Of a stretch of DNA of 64,000 nt, positions 47,323 through 55,169 are shown piece by piece. The position numbers were made by a program, and so were the translations under genes. Origin of the DNA: Candidatus Latescibacterota bacterium (GTDB taxonomy: Bacteria; Latescibacterota; UBA2968; UBA8231); assembly GCA_965217585.1 (NCBI GenBank), contig OZ244561.1, positions 64,001-128,000 of the forward strand, in the 5' to 3' direction. Position 1 is the stretch's first letter, and every line of letters begins with the position of its first letter. The notes under the pieces were generated by a model. The model was not told where the DNA came from and searched no databases. It saw only the letters and a program-made list of their open reading frames with translations.

Positions 47323-49248
47323 TCAGTATACCAAGGAGACGACGGCCTGCCGCTGCGTCGTCCCCTGATCCGTCTCCACACTCAAACCCACTACATACAA
47401 CCCCGGCGGCAACAAAGAACCACTCGCATCCCGACCATCCCACACCCCCACATACCGACCACTACCCAACCAGGACTCACCCACCAACCCCACGCGACGA
47501 CCCGACACATCATACACCCAACAAACTACCGACGAGGGACCTGACAAATTCAGCACATCGCAGCCAATCTCTACTACGTCGTTGATCCCATCCCCGTTGG
47601 GACTAAACACCCCAGGATCCACCGACAACGCACCCAACGGGCCTGTGCCCAACCTCGTCAAATCTACTCGCAGCCGCTCACTCGACGGCACCCCATCCGC
47701 ATCCCCCCAAGCCAACGCCTGCGGCACCTCATCAGGATGCTGGCTGTTGAAAATGCGACCCGTAAACACCGTGCCAAATTGGAACACCGACGCGTGAAAG
47801 TCCACCTCCAGCACCTCTTCGGTGCGTTGCGCATCCATCGCCGGCACGGCCAACACCACTCCGGTGTCGTCGCTCTGGACAATGTCAAAGGCCACCGATT
47901 GACCCGACAGACGCACCGCATCCACGCTCTGCACCCGCGCGGGTGTGTCGATGGCCAGCCGGTCGAAGCCCAAGTCATCGCTGGCAATCGACGCCTTGAC
48001 CTTGTAGGTGAACGCACCCACAGCCCCCGGCGGCACCGTCGAGGGCATGATCTCGGCGATGGCTTGTTGCGCCACCGGCGGGATCGACACCGCCAGCGCC
48101 ATCCAGTCGAGCCGACCGCTGGCATCTTGCCCCGAGGTGAAGTCGGCGCGCACTTGCACAAACTGGCGTGGACCTGCCCCGGCAATGGCCCCCTCGCCAG
48201 CGACAAAGTCCTGCGCAGCACTCCAGAAGGTCCACCCCGCGGTATCGTGAGTGAAGCCCGCCTGCGCGCCACGCGCGAGCTTGTTGTACGACGCTAAGGT
48301 TAGCGGGCGACCCTTGGCGTCGAAGCGGGTGCGCTCGCCACCGCGAAAGGTGTAGCGCCAGTAGGTGTTGGGATCGTCGTCGTGGCCGCTACGCGTGCTT
48401 AACGCCAGCGTGGCCCCTTCATCCTGTTGGCCAGCCCACGTCAGGCTACCGAGGCTGGCGGGTACGCCCAAGTCAATCACATTCGACACATAGCTGGCAA
48501 ACGGCGCAAAACCATTGCCGTAGATCTCCAACTCCGCGATCTCCCAGATGCCGGTCGTGTTCTCGGGCGCTTCAAAGAGCAACCGCCGCACCGGCACGGT
48601 CGGCAAGGGCATATCAATGACGGACTCGACGTTCTCGAAGACATCGTACGGAAGGTCGAAGTCAAAGAAGCTACCCCGGATGCCCTGCGTGAATTCCCGA
48701 GTGCCTTTCTTGAGCGGATCGCCGTCGCTGATGCCGACGATGAAGCGCTGCACAAACCGGTCGGCCAAAAATCGCTCGCGGGGGAAGAAGCGAATGCGCT
48801 CGAGGAAAAAGCGGCCCCCCAAGTCGAAAATCAGCGATTTCTGGCGAATGACACCGTAATCCCCGCCCCAATCGCCATCGCCCAAAAACGCCGTCGTGGG
48901 GTCGCCATCGAACATGGCCAAGTCGTTACCGCTAGCCGGCCCCCAGCCGATCCAAGTCAGGGCCAGCACCTGTCCACCGCGCTCTTCGAGCATCGGCACC
49001 AAGTTGACTGTGGGATCCAAGTGCAGCGGCTCGACAAAGCCGGTATCTATTTTTACCAGTTCGGCCAAGCCATGCATCTTGGGGTCCGCTCCGGCCCATG
49101 ACAACTGCACGAACTCGTAGGGAACTTCCAAGTCGGGCGGGGGCAGATCCTCCCCTCCGAGGCGGATTACGGTCAGGGCTGCAACAGAAGTTGGCCCACC
49201 CAAAAAACACCATCCAAATGCGAGGAGAATCCCAATGCGCTGTGGCAT
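47323..49248 (-). CDS. Secreted discoidin-like protein with a C-terminal FlgD-Ig/CHU_C-type domain (close paralog of 45395-47311)
   Basis: Signal peptide from ATG 49248; shares GIWEIAELEIYGNGFAPF and FSPNGDGIND; ends in LVY. Confidence 0.75.
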   Translation of the reverse strand: MPQRIGILLAFGWCFLGGPTSVAALTVIRLGGEDLPPPDLEVPYEFVQLSWAGADPKMHGLAELVKIDTGFVEPLHLDPTVNLVPMLEERGGQVLALTWIGWGPASGNDLAMFDGDPTTAFLGDGDWGGDYGVIRQKSLIFDLGGRFFLERIRFFPRERFLADRFVQRFIVGISDGDPLKKGTREFTQGIRGSFFDFDLPYDVFENVESVIDMPLPTVPVRRLLFEAPENTTGIWEIAELEIYGNGFAPFASYVSNVIDLGVPASLGSLTWAGQQDEGATLALSTRSGHDDDPNTYWRYTFRGGERTRFDAKGRPLTLASYNKLARGAQAGFTHDTAGWTFWSAAQDFVAGEGAIAGAGPRQFVQVRADFTSGQDASGRLDWMALAVSIPPVAQQAIAEIMPSTVPPGAVGAFTYKVKASIASDDLGFDRLAIDTPARVQSVDAVRLSGQSVAFDIVQSDDTGVVLAVPAMDAQRTEEVLEVDFHASVFQFGTVFTGRIFNSQHPDEVPQALAWGDADGVPSSERLRVDLTRLGTGPLGALSVDPGVFSPNGDGINDVVEIGCDVLNLSGPSSVVCWVYDVSGRRVGLVGESWLGSGRYVGVWDGRDASGSLLPPGLYVVGLSVETDQGTTQRQAVVSLVY

Positions 49249-49290
49249 AACGGCCTTGTGACTTGACTGAGGGAATGCGAAAAATATGAC

Positions 49291-49329
49291 AAAAAAGGAC
49301 GGGCAGATCAATGAAGACCTACCCGTCCC
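49291..49329 (-). terminator. Rho-independent terminator
   Basis: Minus strand GGACGGGTAGGTC-TTCATT-GATCTGCCCGTCC-TTTTTT. Confidence 0.75.
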
Positions 49330-49361
49330 ACTACGGATATTTGCTGCTTTAAGCGGGTGAT

Positions 49362-50324
49362 TTATCTACCGACGGAAGCCTTAATATGGCCCCAGCTATC
49401 GTTCTCGACCGCGGTCTCCAAAGCCGCGAGTGCAGCTTCGTCGAGAGGCAGCAAAACAAAGTCGGAAAACGAACTGGCGTTGCCAAAGATATCGGACTGG
49501 CCGCCTAACGTCCACTTGGCCGTCCACGGGGTGTTAGATTCGGCATCTGCCGGGCCGTTGTCGTTATCGACGACCTGCAAACCAGCGCCGACAATTTCCA
49601 GCTCGACGAAGTCGTGCTGGGTGCTCAGTTCGGGACCCTGCCAGTTGAAATCGTCCCAGCCAATGGTGTACCACTCGGCTTGGAAATTGGCCTCAGCACC
49701 ATGGACGCCGTCGAGGTTGAAGGAGTCCGCGCAGCACTGGTGCGGCTCGTCGCCGTGCCAAGTCGAGCTGGACATCCAAAACCAACTCCAGCCATTAGGA
49801 TCACTACCAGACGTGATAGCCGGCCAGCGGTAATGCGAGGTCTGAGTCTGGCCGCCGGTGAAGAGCTTGTTCTCTTCTTCGGTCAAGTCGCCACCAATGC
49901 CAGCGCCGCCGGCGTGGAACCAGCCACCGGAGTGGTCGGAGTCCAGACCGATCTCAATCGAGTCGTCTTGACCGCAGCAGCCAATGCCGCCGGCATCGCG
50001 ATCCCAAACGTCATCAAAGCGGTCGAAGACATAGTAGATGCGATCCAACTCGTCGTTCCAGCCCATGGCAAAGCGAAAGAACAGATTGGAGCGATCCTTT
50101 TCGCGCCCGACATCGCCTTCGCCGACGATGATGTCGGTATCATCGCTGTCAATCCACACCTCGGCTGGCATGATTTCCCACTCTGAGATATCGCCGTCAA
50201 GGACGGGCAGTTTGTCGGTCGGCCACTGGAAGGCACCATATACCGTCCCTTCGGGAATATGGGCGAAGGCGGACGAACTCACCAAGCCCATAACGGCAGC
50301 CAGCACCGCAATTTTCTTGCTCAT
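49362..50324 (-). CDS. Secreted CBM9/DOMON-like protein with a C-terminal TAVE..SWGxIKA tail
   Basis: Signal peptide; FQWP..PVLDGDISEW, MGWN..DRIY and EIGLDSDHSGG; ends TAVENDSWGHIKASVGR. Confidence 0.7.
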   Translation of the reverse strand: MSKKIAVLAAVMGLVSSSAFAHIPEGTVYGAFQWPTDKLPVLDGDISEWEIMPAEVWIDSDDTDIIVGEGDVGREKDRSNLFFRFAMGWNDELDRIYYVFDRFDDVWDRDAGGIGCCGQDDSIEIGLDSDHSGGWFHAGGAGIGGDLTEEENKLFTGGQTQTSHYRWPAITSGSDPNGWSWFWMSSSTWHGDEPHQCCADSFNLDGVHGAEANFQAEWYTIGWDDFNWQGPELSTQHDFVELEIVGAGLQVVDNDNGPADAESNTPWTAKWTLGGQSDIFGNASSFSDFVLLPLDEAALAALETAVENDSWGHIKASVGR

Positions 50325-50404
50325 TGCTACAACCCCCTATGTTGGTTGAGTGAATAGTGAAAAACGCCCCATCTCATAAAGGACGCATCATACGAAAGTC
50401 TTGA

Positions 50405-50433
50405 AACAAATAATGAAACATCTCTTTTGTCAA
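50405..50433 (-). promoter_or_regulatory. Possible internal promoter for the 50324 gene
   Basis: TTGACA (50433-50428) followed by AT-rich TTATTTG; the -10 element is not canonical. Confidence 0.35.
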
Positions 50434-50450
50434 GCATTTTCTCTTTAGTC

Positions 50451-52205
50451 TCAGGAATCGCCTTTGAGCGGCGTCCCGGTGGCCCAAGGCATGGCACTGA
50501 GGCTCAAATCCTTCCGCTGCGCGGCAGCCTGCAAGTCGCGCGCCCGGTTCCAGTGCCTTTTTGCGAGGGGCTGGTTGCCTATCTTTTTGTACGTCTGTGC
50601 GAGGGCTAAGTGTGCGCGACCGTAGTTCGCGTCTAAGGACACAGCGCGCTCAAACGCGCCAATCGCCTCCCCGAGCCGTTCCATTTTCGCGTATTCCACC
50701 CCTAAATTGAAATGGGCCTGCGCCAGCTCGGGCTCCAGCGCGATGGCCTGTTGGTGCAGGCCGATGGCAGCCTTCAGATCGCCTTTGAGTGAATGGGCGA
50801 TCCCCAAGTGCGTATAGGCTTGGGCATAGGCAGAATCAGCGGCAATGGCCTGTTGGTGGGCGGCAATGCCGCGGTCGAAATCCCCCTGCCGACTATAGGC
50901 CACTCCCAAGTCGTCGTGGGCTTTGGCCACGCTCGGTGCCAGCTGGGCCAAGTATTCCTTGGCGTTTATGTCCGACAGCGCATACTGGGCGTCCGTCCAA
51001 GCCAAAAAGAGAATGGGCACCCCGAAGTACAGCACCTGCTTGCCGGTCTCGAACCCATAGGAGAGCGCCGTCCACTGCGCCCGCGCATTCTGCCAGCGCG
51101 TCACCAGCTCGTTCCAGCCGCGGCGCGGCAGGGCTTCTTCGCGCGGCTCCTCTGCGGACCCCTCGTCTATCAAGTTCTGCCGAATCTCTTTCTTGCCGAC
51201 CTTCCACATGAACCCGTCGTAGTAGTAGTGCATAAAGGCCGAGGTAGCGATGAGCACCTTGACTATATCGTAAATCAGGAAATTCTGGGTCGCCCGCGCG
51301 AGAGCCTCTATGCCGCCGTAAGCCAATATCAGCAACAGGTAGAACAGGACGATCCGCAAGCGCCCATCGGCGAATAGGAAGCGAAAGAAGGATCGCCCCA
51401 AGTCGCGCGAACGCCTGAGCACCCCGTGATTGTAGATCCACACGATGGCGAAGTACTGAATGTCGTGTGCCAGCGCGGTGACCGCATAGCCCAAGATGAC
51501 GTCTTCGAGAACGATATAAGCGTAATAGACCGTGGCGAACGTAGTGGCCGAGATCGCCAGCTTGGGCCAGACGATGGGCGCGCCGCGACGCCTTTCGACG
51601 ACCATGTTACCGATGTAGACCACCGACAAAGCCAGTGCCAAGTACAACATGACGTCCCGCAGTGCGAAGACGTATTCGGGCTTGATCCAAGTGTACATCC
51701 CAAAGCCATAGCGGTGGCAGCGCTCTAAAAAATTGATCAGATAGTGGGGGCTGGCCGCTATCACGTATCCGAACCAGACGGCCGTCAGCCACCAGTCCAG
51801 CCGCGCACTCGACTGCGAGGGCCGACGGCGCTTGACCTCGTAGATCCGCATGAAGCCGTAGTGCTGCATGAAGAAGTGCCACATGTCCCACAGGGCCAAG
51901 AAAATGAAAAACCCGAGGTGGCCGTTGAACACGCTCCAACTGACAAAGGAGGCGATCACCAGCGGAGCGACGATGAAGCGGGCCTTGTAGCGGCCAAACA
52001 ACTCCCGCTCGCCATAGGCGCGCATCAGCCCGGGCAGGTGGTGCCCCACCGCGAAAAAGGCCAGCACAAAGAGGGCAATGTTAGCTGAGGTGAAGTAGTT
52101 GGCGGCGAGTAGCAGGGCCGCTAGTGAGATCAGCGGGGTGCCTATAAAAAATAAGAAATCCCAGTGACGGCTGATAATCCAGCCCTGCGGTGCGGCGGTC
52201 GTCAT
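50451..52205 (-). CDS. Polytopic membrane protein with conserved His motifs and C-terminal TPR repeats
   Basis: About 10 hydrophobic segments with GHH, WHFFMQHYG, HDIQY and HYYYDGFMW; TPRs AHDDLG, AYTHLG and AHFNLG. Confidence 0.75.
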   Translation of the reverse strand: MTTAAPQGWIISRHWDFLFFIGTPLISLAALLLAANYFTSANIALFVLAFFAVGHHLPGLMRAYGERELFGRYKARFIVAPLVIASFVSWSVFNGHLGFFIFLALWDMWHFFMQHYGFMRIYEVKRRRPSQSSARLDWWLTAVWFGYVIAASPHYLINFLERCHRYGFGMYTWIKPEYVFALRDVMLYLALALSVVYIGNMVVERRRGAPIVWPKLAISATTFATVYYAYIVLEDVILGYAVTALAHDIQYFAIVWIYNHGVLRRSRDLGRSFFRFLFADGRLRIVLFYLLLILAYGGIEALARATQNFLIYDIVKVLIATSAFMHYYYDGFMWKVGKKEIRQNLIDEGSAEEPREEALPRRGWNELVTRWQNARAQWTALSYGFETGKQVLYFGVPILFLAWTDAQYALSDINAKEYLAQLAPSVAKAHDDLGVAYSRQGDFDRGIAAHQQAIAADSAYAQAYTHLGIAHSLKGDLKAAIGLHQQAIALEPELAQAHFNLGVEYAKMERLGEAIGAFERAVSLDANYGRAHLALAQTYKKIGNQPLAKRHWNRARDLQAAAQRKDLSLSAMPWATGTPLKGDS

Positions 52206-52217
52206 CGCTCCCCGTCC

Positions 52218-55169
52218 CTACAATCCGGCAAATACCGAAAGGAACACTAGGCCCGAGGTCTGCCGCTCCCCATCTCCGTCTTTGACCTCCAACGAGCGAC
52301 GGTCGAAGCGCACTCCCACTTGAGTGGTCAACTCGTATCCAGAATAGGCACGAGTGCTCGTCAGTTGGCAGGCCAAGACCGTACCGCGAAAGTCGCCGGT
52401 TTGCTCTCCGGCCGCTAGTTGCCCCTCGTCGCCTTCGAGGTCGTAGAAATAGCGCCCCTCAATCCCTAGCTGCACATAAGAGCGATGGAGAATCGGGAAA
52501 TTCGCCAGCACTATGTAGAGCACGTCATAACTGCGTTCCTGCGGCGCGCTACGGCTAAAGGGCACTCGGCGCATAAATTCGCTCTTGATGCGCGGGGAAA
52601 TGGCGATGGACTTCCACGAGAACGCATAGGCTGCTTTGTCTATCAACCCGACAAAACTGGACGACTCGCGACCATTGCGGCCCTCGGGTCCCAAGGGATC
52701 GAAGGCCACCACCGGCGCGCCTTCGTCATCCAAGAGCACCCGGCCCTCCTCGTCCCGGGCCAATATCACCTCGACCTCTCGTTGCTTCCACACGTCCATC
52801 TTGAATCGGTGGCGGGTGCTCCACCCTCTAGGACTGTCGTACTCCCAGTCCGAGTACAGCGTGTTGACCCACGCATTCTCGGCGGCCAACAGGTCGGGCA
52901 CGGGCACATTGCTGCCCGTCGTCTCGCTGAATTGGCCGAACTCCGCTCGGGGCACGATCCACTGCACGAGGTGATTCTCGATGTTGTCTTCGGCCTTCCG
53001 CACCATGTCGAAGAGCCGCCAGCGACCCAGCGTGGGGTGGCTCTTGGTCAAGGTAAAGATCCCGTAGAAGGTATCGTTGTCGCGCGCGGCTTGGTGCATA
53101 GCTTGGCGCAAGCGGCCGGCCGTGAGTCGGATTTCGGGGTTGACTTGGACGCTGGTGTAAAAATTGTAGCCCCAGTGGTCTTTCTTGTAGGGATAGTCTG
53201 GCTCGTCGTCGTTTTCAAAGCGATCGACCCAGCCGTTGTTGTTCAAATCGATGCCAAAGAGAAACTCGGGCCGATCAACCTCGTAGCGCAAAAAAGGCTC
53301 ATCGTAGTCCGGGAAGAAGTTTTGCCGTTCGCCATTGCTGTTTTGGTTAAAATCGGAAAGGAAGTCCCCGTTTTCGTCGTAGCCGGGAAAAACCGCCGGA
53401 TCGGCCACGCCATTGGGCCGGACCCGGAAAGTCTGCCCCGGAATGGGAATCAAGCTGCCCTGAAAGCGGCGCAACTGATCTGGGTGCCGGTCGTTGTCAT
53501 CGTTGTCATCAACAAAGTCATAGGACTGGATGATGGCTTCGGGCGAGTAGTCAACCAAGCCGCGGCCATCCACTGGCCGCACGTTGGTGCTGTATCCATC
53601 GTCCATGCCGAAGCCTTCGAGAAAAAAGTGCCAAGGGCCGATGTCACGCGCCAAGTTGACCATGTAGGCCACATCGTGCTGGTCTCCGACAATGCCGGCG
53701 ATGGCCTCGTGCTTCTTTAGAGTTGTCGCGGGATACTTGCGGTACCGGGTGCTGACGTTGAACTCTCCGTAGAAGTCAAACCCGTACCAATCGCGCATCT
53801 CAGCGGTAAAGCCGTATATCTGACTCGCGGTGGGCAGTCCGTAGTCAAAGGACACCTCTCGCTGGTTGAGGCGGTTTTTGATGTTGCCCGCTGCTCGCGC
53901 GACCTGTAGAAATTGCGGCTGATCTACCGGATTGGTCTGCCGGTCGGACGCGACCTCCACCCGGTAGTCGTTGGCCAGAATGAGCCGAAAGCGCACCTTC
54001 TTGATCGCGGTCACTGCATCCTCGGCCTGGGCCAAGCTCAGCCCCAAACTCTGCTGCAATAGCAGGCGCAAGGTCCCCGTTTCGTCGTCCCCATCTTCGA
54101 CCGCCAGCGGATACTTGAGCGTGATGCGCTCGGATCCGTCGGCTGTGAGGAAGCCGTCCCGCACCTTGCCCCCTTCGCGCAGCGGGCGGTAGCCAATGCT
54201 GCTGCCGGTGATGACTGTATCCCGCGGGACCAACGCTACGCTGTCGCCCATGACCACCTCGCGCATCAAGGTCGTCGTGATCTCTAGGTCGTCGCTGAAG
54301 AGCACGGCCCCTCCCTCGCCATCTTCGGGCGAATCGTCGGACAGCCTCACCACCAGCAATTCGAGTCGCCGGTCTAACTGGCCCGAGGTCAGCAAACCCG
54401 TAAGGGGGCTTTCCTGAAAGCTCTCCAAGGCCCCGTTGTTGCTGTGGGAATTGACAAAGGTCGTGCCCAAAGTCAGGTGATCGCTGACATCGGCCTCAAG
54501 GCGAAGTGCGGATAAATTCGTCGCGTTTTCTAGCTGTCGGGTCGGAAAATCCGAACTGATGTCGATGATCGGCGACGAGATCCGCGAAAACAGCCCGGTC
54601 GCCCGCAAGCGCTGGCTGGCCAAACTCGTCACCACGCCATTGAAGCCAGTCTTGCGGAAAGTCAGGGGTGTCAGCGTCGTGAAAAGCTCGTCCCCGACCA
54701 CGATCGAATAGCTGTAGTCGCCGCTGGAATCCGAGGAGATGATGAGGCGGTTGAACCAGCCTAGGTACTCGCCGCGCTTGGTGACCTGATTGCTGGCGCT
54801 GGTCAGCGGCTGGGTCTGCCGCCAATCGTAGATGAGCCAGCCGCGGGTGATCAAATCGCCGTAGGGATCGTAAAAGTAGAAACCCTCTTGGCTGCGCGAC
54901 ACGTAGCGGAGAAAAGGCTCCCGCGCATAGTTGGTGTACTCCCACTGGCGGCGGCCGTATTCGGTGAACAACTCCTGCGGCAAGTACCAGCGCTGAATGG
55001 TTGGGTCCAGCGCGTCGATCAGCACCGACCGGCCCGCAGCCGAGAACACGCGGCGCTCGTCAACCCGGCGGCCGAGGCGATTGCCGTAGTCTGTCTGGGC
55101 ACCGACCTCAAGGGCGCACAGGACTACGGCGCCCAGTAGCAATGCGCATTTAGCTCGCGGCGCGCCCAT
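52218..55169 (-). CDS. Large secreted/outer-membrane protein, 'YGNRLG' family, paralog 2
   Basis: Signal peptide; Asp/Asn-rich Ca-binding-like loops (DDNDDND, DENGDFLSDFNQN, DLNNNGWVD); alternating beta-strand C-terminus FLSVFAGL. Confidence 0.7.
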   Translation of the reverse strand: MGAPRAKCALLLGAVVLCALEVGAQTDYGNRLGRRVDERRVFSAAGRSVLIDALDPTIQRWYLPQELFTEYGRRQWEYTNYAREPFLRYVSRSQEGFYFYDPYGDLITRGWLIYDWRQTQPLTSASNQVTKRGEYLGWFNRLIISSDSSGDYSYSIVVGDELFTTLTPLTFRKTGFNGVVTSLASQRLRATGLFSRISSPIIDISSDFPTRQLENATNLSALRLEADVSDHLTLGTTFVNSHSNNGALESFQESPLTGLLTSGQLDRRLELLVVRLSDDSPEDGEGGAVLFSDDLEITTTLMREVVMGDSVALVPRDTVITGSSIGYRPLREGGKVRDGFLTADGSERITLKYPLAVEDGDDETGTLRLLLQQSLGLSLAQAEDAVTAIKKVRFRLILANDYRVEVASDRQTNPVDQPQFLQVARAAGNIKNRLNQREVSFDYGLPTASQIYGFTAEMRDWYGFDFYGEFNVSTRYRKYPATTLKKHEAIAGIVGDQHDVAYMVNLARDIGPWHFFLEGFGMDDGYSTNVRPVDGRGLVDYSPEAIIQSYDFVDDNDDNDRHPDQLRRFQGSLIPIPGQTFRVRPNGVADPAVFPGYDENGDFLSDFNQNSNGERQNFFPDYDEPFLRYEVDRPEFLFGIDLNNNGWVDRFENDDEPDYPYKKDHWGYNFYTSVQVNPEIRLTAGRLRQAMHQAARDNDTFYGIFTLTKSHPTLGRWRLFDMVRKAEDNIENHLVQWIVPRAEFGQFSETTGSNVPVPDLLAAENAWVNTLYSDWEYDSPRGWSTRHRFKMDVWKQREVEVILARDEEGRVLLDDEGAPVVAFDPLGPEGRNGRESSSFVGLIDKAAYAFSWKSIAISPRIKSEFMRRVPFSRSAPQERSYDVLYIVLANFPILHRSYVQLGIEGRYFYDLEGDEGQLAAGEQTGDFRGTVLACQLTSTRAYSGYELTTQVGVRFDRRSLEVKDGDGERQTSGLVFLSVFAGL

